Shown here: positions 1-8,033 of the stretch, piece by piece
How positions within the stretch are numbered: position 1 is the stretch's first letter
How the letters are laid out: each line of letters starts with the position of its first letter
DNA from: a virus
Lineage: Duplodnaviria > Caudoviricetes
Direction: 5' to 3' (one strand)
Length of the DNA stretch: 52,557 nt
Virus record (IMG/VR): IMGVR_UViG_3300037511_000266
Coordinates: 1-52,557 of that record
The notes under the pieces: generated by a model
Seen by the model: the letters and a program-made list of their open reading frames with translations, nothing else
Database searches by the model: none
Told to the model about the DNA's origin: nothing
Made by a program: the position numbers and the translations under genes

Positions 1-12
1 CGGCATGAAGGC

Positions 13-195
13 ATGGACGTGTGGTGTCTGTCCTATCATAAGCACATCACCGACGGTGAGAGGAAAGTTTTGGAGGAGTTTGAACGGCAGCTTGAAGAGA
101 TCCAGACCATTTTGAATATTGCGTTTGGCGACGGCGTGCTAGTGACGCTCGATCGTGAGGGCAACATGGAAGTCGAGGACTACGACCATGATTAG
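13..195 (+). CDS. hypothetical protein (possibly 5'-truncated by window edge)
   Basis: Frame is open back to base 1; acidic C-terminus EVEDYDHD; stop overlaps next start. Confidence 0.55.
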   Translation: MDVWCLSYHKHITDGERKVLEEFERQLEEIQTILNIAFGDGVLVTLDREGNMEVEDYDHD

Positions 196-445
196 GCAAC
201 TCGTCGCACTCGTGGCGGGAATCCTGATTCTCGTACTGGCCTTCGTCTTGGCGATCCCTGTCGTCGTGGGGATGGTGTTAATTTATCTCTGGATGATGTT
301 CCTCGGTGGCCTAATCGGGCTCGGAGGGCTCCTGTTAGGGTGGCTACCGGATTGGCTTGCAAAAACGCCCCAACCACGCAAGACCGCCCCAGACAAAATG
401 CAGGTGAGAAAGCTTAAGTGGTTGATTTTATTGCTCTTCGTATGA
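188..445 (+). CDS. small membrane protein
   Basis: ATG at 188 after GAGG; long hydrophobic stretch (1-2 TM) plus hydrophobic C-terminus. Confidence 0.6.
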   Translation: MIRQLVALVAGILILVLAFVLAIPVVVGMVLIYLWMMFLGGLIGLGGLLLGWLPDWLAKTPQPRKTAPDKMQVRKLKWLILLLFV

Positions 446-461
446 GGCATTTCCCTTGCTA
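445..461 (+). promoter_or_regulatory. sigma54-type -24/-12 promoter upstream of DUF932 gene
   Basis: AGGCATTTCCCTTGCTA: GG(446-447)-N10-GC(458-459); intergenic, ~60 nt before ATG 519. Confidence 0.65.
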
Positions 462-518
462 TAGAACGGAGCCAAGAGTATTTTAGTGGCTCCAACAATC
501 TAAACAAGGGGTGATTCA

Positions 519-1418
519 ATGCAGCAAGAGAGAAAAGATCCGCTACAAAGTGTGATGGCGATAGCCATGCAACGGAACCTGACACCGATGGCCGCGCTCA
601 ATACGCTCGTGCCTTCGGTGTTCACCACGACACGCCGACCAGATTGTACATCCGAGCGGTACAGCGTGGTGCCGACGTCAGAGATCGTCGAGCACATGCA
701 GCTTCGGGGCTGGCAGATTGATAAGGCTGGCGAGTCGCTCGTCCGGTCGTATCGCAAACGGCTGGCTCCCTATGTCGCGCATGTCGTGACCTTCCAGCAT
801 CCTGACTTCCAATTCGGCAAGCTGAAGAAGGGCGATGTGGTGCCGACGATTCTCATGGGCAATTCTCACGACACGTCTACGGCAGTCTGGATGCGGATGG
901 GCATGAAGCGATGCTTCTGCGACAACCAGGCCTGCGTCGAGTTAGGCGAAACCAGCGTGTTTCGCTTCCGTCACCAGGGCGGGGTCGTCAACCTCATGGA
1001 CAAGATCTATGCGTCATTGGAGAAGCTGATGGCGTCGAAAGATATTGTCGGCAAGACGCTCGATCGCTGGGCGTCGATCGACCTGAAAGAAAAGCAGCGG
1101 ATCGATTATTTTGGCCGCGTGCTGGCGCTCCGCACAGACAAGCCGAGCAGCTACGCGGAAATGGGGCTCAGCCTGTTTGATATCGGTCGTCGCCGGCCTG
1201 AGGATCAGAGCAACGATTTGTACACGGTGTATAACGTTGCGCAAGAGCACATGGTACGCGGCTATCGCACCGAGGTTTTGGTGCAGCCGAAAGGCCGCAG
1301 CGAACGGATGGAAGAGCGGTCCCTCGTCCGTCCCTTGTCGTCGACTCGGGCCTTCGTCAAGTTCAACGCCGAACTCTTCGGGCTCACGGCGAAGTACGCC
1401 GACGAAGTGAAGGCGTGA
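519..1418 (+). CDS. DUF932 (DUF945/YubP-like) domain protein
   Basis: Motifs SERYSVVPT, NSHDTST, RCFCDNQ, DLYTVYNVAQEH typical of the family. Confidence 0.85.
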   Translation: MQQERKDPLQSVMAIAMQRNLTPMAALNTLVPSVFTTTRRPDCTSERYSVVPTSEIVEHMQLRGWQIDKAGESLVRSYRKRLAPYVAHVVTFQHPDFQFGKLKKGDVVPTILMGNSHDTSTAVWMRMGMKRCFCDNQACVELGETSVFRFRHQGGVVNLMDKIYASLEKLMASKDIVGKTLDRWASIDLKEKQRIDYFGRVLALRTDKPSSYAEMGLSLFDIGRRRPEDQSNDLYTVYNVAQEHMVRGYRTEVLVQPKGRSERMEERSLVRPLSSTRAFVKFNAELFGLTAKYADEVKA

Positions 1419-1756
1419 GGGTCTGCTACGTATGCGGGAATGGGGTGAAGGCCAATGAGCTTGGCTTTTACCCCGTGACCCACGAGCGATGCCGGCCTGG
1501 ATCGAGCAAGTGGATCGAGTACTTTGAGGCATTGCCGAAATCACAACGTACTGAGGCAGGATGGTTAATCTATAATGCCGCCAAGAAAAAAGTCGCAGAG
1601 ACCAAAGAACGATTTGCGGCCCTCGCAGCCAAGTCAGTTCGTAATGTCCCACCCGATGAAGCTGCACATGGAGTCGGAGGGAAAGTACGCAAGCGTCTTC
1701 GACGAACTCCAAAAACTCGAAAGAGAGTATCCACACGTCATAAAAAATCAGGATAG
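1415..1756 (+). CDS. hypothetical protein, N-terminal CxxC...HxxC Zn-binding motif, basic tail
   Basis: GTGA overlap with upstream stop; CYVC...HERC. Confidence 0.6.
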   Translation: MRVCYVCGNGVKANELGFYPVTHERCRPGSSKWIEYFEALPKSQRTEAGWLIYNAAKKKVAETKERFAALAAKSVRNVPPDEAAHGVGGKVRKRLRRTPKTRKRVSTRHKKSG

Positions 1757-1757
1757 T

Positions 1758-2120
1758 TTGATCGAAGACGAGATTCTGGTCTTGATGACCGTCTATGCCG
1801 CACTCCTCTTTGGAGCCCAGGAAGGAGAAGAGCACATTGCGACACCCAGACAGTTGCGCGATGCGCTCTATGCATTTGGGCAACTTCGTGGCCTCCGTCA
1901 GGTGATCATCGAACATATTTGCAACTGGTTCCCGGCAACGATCTTGCTTACGGAACAAGTCTATTATCAGAACCGTTTCGCACGGCAGGCCTACGTACGA
2001 CGGGCTTCTTGCTTAGGGCCTGAGGAGTTCTTCCTGTATCCTACTGCCCGGGTGGAACACATACGCAATTTAGCTCGGGCGATCTGGAGGGCTGATGTTC
2101 TTCAAACCACCACAGAATAA
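1758..2120 (+). CDS. hypothetical protein (start uncertain)
   Basis: Distal part of ORF 1575-2120; TTG at 1758 follows stop at 1756. Confidence 0.5.
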   Translation: MIEDEILVLMTVYAALLFGAQEGEEHIATPRQLRDALYAFGQLRGLRQVIIEHICNWFPATILLTEQVYYQNRFARQAYVRRASCLGPEEFFLYPTARVEHIRNLARAIWRADVLQTTTE

Positions 2121-2412
2121 AAAGGTGCATGGGCTCGACGCGCTGAAGACCTGGGAGACGACCTACAATTGTATTTGGGATGAGCGGCTCTATCCGGTGA
2201 CCGTCAAGATCGCACATACCGTCCCGGGCTGCGAGATCCTGAGCGTGGACTTCTTGAGTGAGCCGTCGTTTGAGGAGATCCGCATTGCCGATATGGCACG
2301 GCAGAGTATTTGTCAGCAGGCCATCAATGAGTTCTGCAATTATGCAGACAACGCCCATCGTCTGATGAAAAGGACGACCACGGTGGACGACCCCTTTTTC
2401 GAGGAAGCATGA
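2095..2412 (+). CDS. hypothetical protein
   Basis: GGAGGG RBS before ATG; operon packing. Confidence 0.65.
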   Translation: MFFKPPQNKKVHGLDALKTWETTYNCIWDERLYPVTVKIAHTVPGCEILSVDFLSEPSFEEIRIADMARQSICQQAINEFCNYADNAHRLMKRTTTVDDPFFEEA

Positions 2413-2570
2413 ACAGCATCGGGCAATTGTTAGATCGATACTGCCTCGCACGCAAAGTCCGAGACACGAAGACGCAGTTAGAAGTGGCTGACAAAATCGT
2501 TGACGAGGAAGTACCGTCCTTGATACAACGGCTGGCTCAATTCATGATGGATCGCAATGAGCGGTCTTGA
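2409..2570 (+). CDS. 53-aa hypothetical protein (not in ORF track)
   Basis: GAGGA RBS, ATGA overlap; MNSIGQLLDRYCLARK...MMDRNERS fills the gap. Confidence 0.6.
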   Translation: MNSIGQLLDRYCLARKVRDTKTQLEVADKIVDEEVPSLIQRLAQFMMDRNERS

Positions 2571-3111
2571 ATTTGTCCACAAGGTTGAACTCCATGAAAC
2601 CTTTGGCTCCCGCAATAACCGATTCGCGCTCACTGCGCTCGTGGCAGAAACGCTGGCGGTCTATTATTGGTGCGAAGCGTTCTCAGTTGGTCCTCGTCCG
2701 TATCGATTCTGTGTCATCGGCCAGCGAGGTCTGTCGGACTTCGTGGCACAGGCAATCCCAAAAGTGCTTCAGCATGTTGATCGAACGACCGACGCTCTTA
2801 AAGAGACTGAAGGCTTTAAGTTTGGATCCATCATTGCGCTTCGTGAAGCCCTTCGCCTTCGAAGATCAACGGAACAAAGGCGTCCTGAATATATGGATCA
2901 ATGCAACGTCTCGACCTATCGCGCCAAGGCAAACCTGGACAAGTATTATAAGGTTGGCGTCAAGGATGCGAAGACGGAATTTGACATTGAAGGATTTCGA
3001 AGAGGTCAGAAACAAGTCTGGTCTCTTGAAAAGTTTCCTTCCCCTACCACGGTCCTAGATAATTACGCAAGGAGTAAATATGGACGATCAAGCATTGATG
3101 GAAACGGCTGA
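2557..3111 (+). CDS. hypothetical protein, resembles C-terminal domain of DUF2786-type phage proteins
   Basis: Pattern LAVYYWC...VIG...FKFG..ALREAL...GFRRG; weak by-eye similarity. Confidence 0.5.
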   Translation: MSGLEFVHKVELHETFGSRNNRFALTALVAETLAVYYWCEAFSVGPRPYRFCVIGQRGLSDFVAQAIPKVLQHVDRTTDALKETEGFKFGSIIALREALRLRRSTEQRRPEYMDQCNVSTYRAKANLDKYYKVGVKDAKTEFDIEGFRRGQKQVWSLEKFPSPTTVLDNYARSKYGRSSIDGNG

Positions 3112-3766
3112 ACGGGTGATTGATCCATGGTTTGACGTTCTCGATCTGAAGACTCGTGACGAGGGGATCGCACTGCTCAGGAAAGTGGAGGCTCGGGCGC
3201 GTGTCTCCCATCGCTCCGAGGATCGCATCACCGACAAATCCTGGGAGACGACTATTCGTCGCGTCGTATTGGAGCGTGGTGACTGGAGCGTTGCGGAGCA
3301 CGAGAAGGTGACCGTCACGGTCTTCACCGATCGAGGCATCACGCATGAGATCGTACGGCATCGCGTTGGTTCGTATACCCAAGAGTCGACGCGCTTCGTG
3401 AATTATGAAAAGAAAATGGCTCCTAGTTTCCTTTATCCACGGCCCCAGGACGAGGCGCTCGATATGGATTGGCTGGCCGCCATAGCGTCTGCAGAACTCG
3501 CTTATCGCCGGCTGCTTGCAAAGGGTTGGACGCCACAAGAGGCACGCAGTGTGTTCCCTAACGCACTTGGCTCCAAAATCGATATCACGTATAATCTCCG
3601 AAATTGGCGGTACTTCTTTTTGGCTCGGACGTCGAGAGAAGCCCATCCGCAGATGCGGCAGATTACGATTCCTCTCCTCGTAAAGTTTCAGGAATTGATC
3701 CCGATTCTGTATGAGGATATTGTGCCAGCAGAGACACAGCAGCATAATTTCAAGCAGATGCGCTGA
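3080..3766 (+). CDS. thyX: FAD-dependent thymidylate synthase ThyX
   Basis: ThyX motif RHRVGSYTQESTR; PQEARSVFP; NLRNWRYFF..R...AHPQMR; AAGGAG RBS. Confidence 0.95.
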   Translation: MDDQALMETAERVIDPWFDVLDLKTRDEGIALLRKVEARARVSHRSEDRITDKSWETTIRRVVLERGDWSVAEHEKVTVTVFTDRGITHEIVRHRVGSYTQESTRFVNYEKKMAPSFLYPRPQDEALDMDWLAAIASAELAYRRLLAKGWTPQEARSVFPNALGSKIDITYNLRNWRYFFLARTSREAHPQMRQITIPLLVKFQELIPILYEDIVPAETQQHNFKQMR

Positions 3767-3806
3767 AGTATAGTACACGTAGATCTGATTTTGATATCTG
3801 AAAATT

Positions 3807-3883
3807 TGGTGGGTGGCCAAGATGGTAAGGCTCCTGACTGTTAATCAGGTAATCCGTAGGTTCGAACCCTACCCCACCAGCCA
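3807..3883 (+). tRNA. tRNA-Asn (GTT)
   Basis: Acceptor TGGTGGG/CCCACCA, D-arm GCC/GGC, anticodon arm CCTGA-CTGTTAA-TCAGG, T-arm GTAGG-TTCGAAC-CCTAC, discriminator G, encoded CCA. Confidence 0.95.
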
Positions 3884-3899
3884 AGCCGGGAGGTCTATC

Positions 3900-4370
3900 A
3901 TGCTGGCAAAATTGAGAGATCTTCGCATTTACGCCTTCTTCTTCGTGGCACTTCTCTTGCTAGGTATAGGCTCATGTGTCGAACGTGTGGCCTTCGCACA
4001 GAATCGTAGCGTTGACTCCCTAAGGGGAAATACGCATAATGGCTTCTTTGGTCCTGAACGAGACTTTAGTCAACGATTTACCTATAGAAACAACATTGAG
4101 CCCCTTGAAAGCACAAGACAGCGACAGCAGTTCTTCCAAAGTCCTGCCCAAAGCTTCAACCGATCCAGCGGCGGGGGAGGCATCTCAGACGCAGGAGCCT
4201 TGCCCTACTTTGGAGTCGGAGACGAAGCGGGGACCGGGGCGCCCGAAGAAGCCCTTACCTTACCAGGGGCCTTTAGCGCCGAACCAGACCCGGAGCGACA
4301 AAGATGGCTTGATCCGAAAGCGCACTGGCCGTCCGAGGAACAATCAACGTGGTTTTCGTCCCACCGGTAA
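3900..4370 (+). CDS. putative exported protein (signal peptide)
   Basis: GGGAGG RBS; basic N-terminus, hydrophobic core, AFA-Q cleavage-like site; overlaps next ORF by 332 nt. Confidence 0.5.
   Translation: MLAKLRDLRIYAFFFVALLLLGIGSCVERVAFAQNRSVDSLRGNTHNGFFGPERDFSQRFTYRNNIEPLESTRQRQQFFQSPAQSFNRSSGGGGISDAGALPYFGVGDEAGTGAPEEALTLPGAFSAEPDPERQRWLDPKAHWPSEEQSTWFSSHR
3946..3962 (+). promoter_or_regulatory. sigma54-type promoter upstream of AT-hook protein gene
   Basis: TGGCACTTCTCTTGCTA is a full match to TGGCAC-N5-TTGCW, ~78 nt before ATG 4039. Confidence 0.65.
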
Positions 4371-4698
4371 GTACTACGATCTTGTTTTCGAACGCTCACC
4401 ATCCGGTCGTATAGGCCGGCGCTATAAAATTACCTTCACATCCATGTCGAGGCCAGATGCCGTCTTCGAGACGGATCTGATTTCCACGAGCCTCGGCAGC
4501 TTGCTACGCATGGTAGCGCGGGAGATCGGAAAGCTACGGCTACCGATCGCCGCTCGGCATTTCTCACTCACGCTCCAAGCCTATCCCGAATCAACCGAAA
4601 TGGTTGAAGCGAACGTTGGGATTCAGGAAGCGGAGCCCGTCGAAGGCGAACGCCCGTTGACGGTCTTGCCCTCATTCGACGAGGGTTTGGAACTCTAA
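4039..4698 (+). CDS. AT-hook-containing putative DNA-binding protein
   Basis: KRGPGRPKK and RKRTGRPR motifs; AAGGGG upstream; acidic C-terminus. Confidence 0.65.
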   Translation: MASLVLNETLVNDLPIETTLSPLKAQDSDSSSSKVLPKASTDPAAGEASQTQEPCPTLESETKRGPGRPKKPLPYQGPLAPNQTRSDKDGLIRKRTGRPRNNQRGFRPTGKYYDLVFERSPSGRIGRRYKITFTSMSRPDAVFETDLISTSLGSLLRMVAREIGKLRLPIAARHFSLTLQAYPESTEMVEANVGIQEAEPVEGERPLTVLPSFDEGLEL

Positions 4699-4716
4699 CT
4701 TACAACGCGGGGGATC

Positions 4717-5181
4717 ATGAACTTCTTTGTGGGTGCCCATACTTCGTTTCGTGGTAAGGAAAAATCATTAGTGAATGATACAAAGGTCCGCATACTCGAA
4801 AAACTCGGCCACAGTTCTGGACGAGCGAAGCGGTTCCTGAATACGCACAAGCCGCTGAAGGTCATTGAGCACGTTCCTGACAAAGACGGCAACCCTGTCG
4901 GCGTCGAGCGCCACTACCGCGCCATTGTCTTCAAGATGCCGAACGGCTACCGGCTGCAGAACGACGTCGTTCGCGCCATCATCAAAGATCTGAAGTGCGA
5001 CTGGCAGACGGCGAAGTTTCATGCCTACCGCATTGCCGCGCAAGACGTTGTTGGCAATCAGGAAGACTGGCCAGAACTCTTTCCGAAGGAAGAGTCCACG
5101 GCAGAGCCGGCAGTCGTGAGCCCGACAGCCGTCGAGACGAATCAGCCAGTGACCGAAGGAGCCGCACCGCTTCCTGTATGA
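4717..5181 (+). CDS. hypothetical protein
   Basis: GGGGGA RBS; ATGA overlap with helicase. Confidence 0.7.
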   Translation: MNFFVGAHTSFRGKEKSLVNDTKVRILEKLGHSSGRAKRFLNTHKPLKVIEHVPDKDGNPVGVERHYRAIVFKMPNGYRLQNDVVRAIIKDLKCDWQTAKFHAYRIAAQDVVGNQEDWPELFPKEESTAEPAVVSPTAVETNQPVTEGAAPLPV

Positions 5182-6647
5182 GCTACGAGTATGTGTACAA
5201 GCCCTTTGCTCACCAGGCAGAGGGCGTACAGCTATTGCGGGGTCGGAGGTTTTATGGATTCTTCGATGAACCTGGATGTGGAAAGTCAAAGGTGGTCGTC
5301 GACGGATGCAACCTTCTATTTCTGGATCGTGCTGTCTGTGCTGTGGTTGTTGTTTGCCCTAATACCGTCAAAGCCACATGGGCCAATAACTCGTGGGGGC
5401 AAATTAAGATCCACTCTCCGAGCGATTTTCCCTTCGAGGTAATTCGCTTGGACTCGGGCCGGCGATGGCCTGAGCGACAAAGCTACTGGCATTGGAAGAA
5501 TCAACGGCTCGTATGGGTCATCACAAATTATGAAGCACTACGCGCCACGAAAAACGAAACATGGCTCTCGCAGTTCTTAGCTGCGATGTCGCCGGCAGTC
5601 ATGGTGTTAGATGAAAGCACAAAGATCAAAAACCGTACCGCACTCCAAACCAAAGCCGCATTACGAATTGGGCAGCATGCGACTCGACGATATATACTCA
5701 CGGGAACTCCAATTGCTAAGAACCCGCTCGACCTCTATACCCAGTGCAACTTTCTGGATCCCCGCGTGCTCAAGTTCCCGAGCTTCGTCGCATTTCGTAA
5801 TCGTTACGCCAAGATGGGTGGATATATGGTCGGCGGAAGACCTGTCCAAGTTGTCGGCTGGCAGAATTTGGACGAACTCAAAGAGAAAATCAAAGAACAT
5901 AGCCGAATTATTGAAAAGAAAACGGCTCTTCCAGATCTTCCACCAAAACTTTTCACACGCATTGAAGTCCCTCTCTCCCCCGAACAGGAGCGAGCCTACT
6001 TACAGATGCGGGACCACGCTGTTGCGACTGTGCCTGGAACGGTCGGACAAGCCACAGCAACTATTGCGCTTACTAAGGCTCTTCGCCAAACCCAGATCAC
6101 TTCGGGCCATCTCACCATCAAAGACTCCGTTACTGGACAGGACAAAGTAGTGGTCTTTGAGCAGAACCCGAAGACCGATGTGGTGATGGAGTTACTCGAA
6201 GAAATTGAGCACATGGTGGTGTTCTGCATGTTCATCACCGAGATCCAAGAACTCAGCAGCCGGCTTAGAAAGGCCGATATCTCACACGGATTGATCTATG
6301 GCGAAACGAAAAACACAGAGCGGGAAAAGATCCAGCAAGACTATCAAGCCGGGAAGCTTCGCGTGGTGGTTTGCCAGGTTGTCACCGGAGGCATCGGTAT
6401 TACGCTTACTCAAGGTTCAACTGCGGTTTTTCTTACCAATCCGTATTCGTTGGAAGCGCGAGTCCAAGCCGAAGACCGCCTCCACCGACCAAGTGCTGAG
6501 AGACACGATAATGTTACTTACTACGATGTATGCGCCACATATGGTGACGGGAAACCCACCATCGATCATTCCGTTATCAAAGCCCAAGAACAAAAAGAAG
6601 ATCTCTCGAACTACGTCCTAGGACGGACTTTAGAGGAGGTTCTGTGA
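5178..6647 (+). CDS. SNF2-family (SF2) helicase
   Basis: DEPGCGKS, LDEST, LTGTP, GIGITL, QAEDRLHR; start reassigned to ATG 5178. Confidence 0.92.
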   Translation: MSYEYVYKPFAHQAEGVQLLRGRRFYGFFDEPGCGKSKVVVDGCNLLFLDRAVCAVVVVCPNTVKATWANNSWGQIKIHSPSDFPFEVIRLDSGRRWPERQSYWHWKNQRLVWVITNYEALRATKNETWLSQFLAAMSPAVMVLDESTKIKNRTALQTKAALRIGQHATRRYILTGTPIAKNPLDLYTQCNFLDPRVLKFPSFVAFRNRYAKMGGYMVGGRPVQVVGWQNLDELKEKIKEHSRIIEKKTALPDLPPKLFTRIEVPLSPEQERAYLQMRDHAVATVPGTVGQATATIALTKALRQTQITSGHLTIKDSVTGQDKVVVFEQNPKTDVVMELLEEIEHMVVFCMFITEIQELSSRLRKADISHGLIYGETKNTEREKIQQDYQAGKLRVVVCQVVTGGIGITLTQGSTAVFLTNPYSLEARVQAEDRLHRPSAERHDNVTYYDVCATYGDGKPTIDHSVIKAQEQKEDLSNYVLGRTLEEVL

Positions 6648-6811
6648 CTTGTTCGTTTGATCCTCGGATATATGCCTCCATGCCGATAGGGATGTTCCAC
6701 TGCCCTGAATGTGGGGAGATGGTGCTTGCCGGTCTGCCGCATACCCCACCTCTTGATGGGGCACCGATCTTGAAAGAGGAGACGCGCCATGGCTCGGAAG
6801 AAAGCAAGTAG
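6644..6811 (+). CDS. 55-aa Zn-finger-like protein (not in ORF track)
   Basis: GAGGAGG RBS, GTGA overlap; MTCSFDP...PIGMFHCPECGEMVLAGLPH. Confidence 0.65.
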   Translation: MTCSFDPRIYASMPIGMFHCPECGEMVLAGLPHTPPLDGAPILKEETRHGSEESK

Positions 6812-7259
6812 CTGGAAGGACGCCAAGCATACGATCGATCAACGACGCGATGCTATCGCCTCTTATCTCGCAGAGTTTGGTAACGGCGATACGGTCGATC
6901 TCCTGAAGAAGATCGTTGAACTACGCGATGAGGATGCGCGACTCGATGTGCTCAAGCAGCAGATCTCCGAGAAGCTTGAAGCGATCTCACAGACTATCTG
7001 TGACCGCTGGCAAGCTCAAGGGATCTCGTCGATGGATGTTGATGGGATCGGCTCGTTCAGCATCAACACAAAGCTATATGTCTCGGCGGCAGACAAAGAG
7101 AAGTACTTCCAGTGGCTTAAAGATAATGGCCTGGAATCGCTGATCCAGCCGCAAGTCGCACCGAAAACAACGGAATCTCTAGTACGAGAACGGCTTGAGG
7201 AAGGCCAGCCGTGTGACGAAATGGGCCTGAATATTCACTACAAAACATCAATCCGTTAG
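6789..7259 (+). CDS. conserved phage replication-module coiled-coil protein (gp33-like)
   Basis: GAGGAG RBS; coiled coil then DKEKYFQWLKDNG; usual neighbour of SSB/helicase genes. Confidence 0.7.
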   Translation: MARKKASSWKDAKHTIDQRRDAIASYLAEFGNGDTVDLLKKIVELRDEDARLDVLKQQISEKLEAISQTICDRWQAQGISSMDVDGIGSFSINTKLYVSAADKEKYFQWLKDNGLESLIQPQVAPKTTESLVRERLEEGQPCDEMGLNIHYKTSIR

Positions 7260-7268
7260 GAGGTTCGC

Positions 7269-8033
7269 ATGAGTGAATTGGTCGTGCCTGAGAGCAAAGC
7301 CTTAGCGGTGAGCGATGAACTTCTGGCTGCCATGGGAATGACAGCGGAAGAACTCGCCGCTACGCAAGGTGTCATCGGCATGGAGAAAGCCCGTGCCGAA
7401 GACTTTCAGATCCCGCGCTTGCAGATCGCGCAGGCGTTGAGCCCCCAACTGATGCGGACCAAGCCAGAGTACATTCCCGGCTTAATGGTCGGTCAGTATT
7501 TCAACACGGTCACTGGAGAGGTCTACGGCGATGCCATACAGGTGGTTCCCGTGAAGTACAGCTTCAGCCGGCTGAAGTTCACCAATAGCGTTCTCGACTG
7601 CCAATCGAAGAACGGGATTGACGGCGGTCATTACAGCAAGTTCTGTAAGGACTGTGACAAAGCGAAGTGGGGCTCTGGCAAAGACGGCAAAGGGACGGAC
7701 TGCAAAGAGTACCGGAACTGGTTGCTGCTCGATGCAAAGTCAGGCAGCGCCATGAGCATGAGCTTTAAGTCTGCGTCATTGGCGGTAGCGAAGACGTGGG
7801 CCACGCTCATTGCGACTCGGAAGGTCACTGTTGGTGGTGTAAAGGTCGACGCGCCGGCCTATCTGACAGTGTACGAACTCAAGTCTGTCGAGAAGTCTGT
7901 TGGACAGAATACCTTCTTCGTGCCGGTCGTGCGTGTGGTCGGACCTACGCCGATGGACATTGTGAAGGATGCGTCCAATCTCCTGAAGACGTTCCAGGGT
8001 GACCTGAGCGTTGAAGTTGAACAGGGAGAGTAA
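7269..8033 (+). CDS. putative single-stranded DNA-binding/annealing protein with Cys4 Zn site
   Basis: IPRLQIAQALSPQ; C-S-NG..G...CKDC...WGS...GKG..CK; acidic tail; AGGAGG RBS; lies before primase. Confidence 0.65.
   Translation: MSELVVPESKALAVSDELLAAMGMTAEELAATQGVIGMEKARAEDFQIPRLQIAQALSPQLMRTKPEYIPGLMVGQYFNTVTGEVYGDAIQVVPVKYSFSRLKFTNSVLDCQSKNGIDGGHYSKFCKDCDKAKWGSGKDGKGTDCKEYRNWLLLDAKSGSAMSMSFKSASLAVAKTWATLIATRKVTVGGVKVDAPAYLTVYELKSVEKSVGQNTFFVPVVRVVGPTPMDIVKDASNLLKTFQGDLSVEVEQGE

Noticed and set aside
1014-1958. Long antisense ORFs (e.g. 1014-1958, 3044-3820, 8456-9160, 48821-49591, 50596-51345)
   Set aside because: Shadow frames opposite well-supported genes, without RBS or motifs
3813-3899. 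N-terminus of ORF 3813-4370
   Set aside because: Lies within the tRNA-Asn gene; better start is ATG 3900
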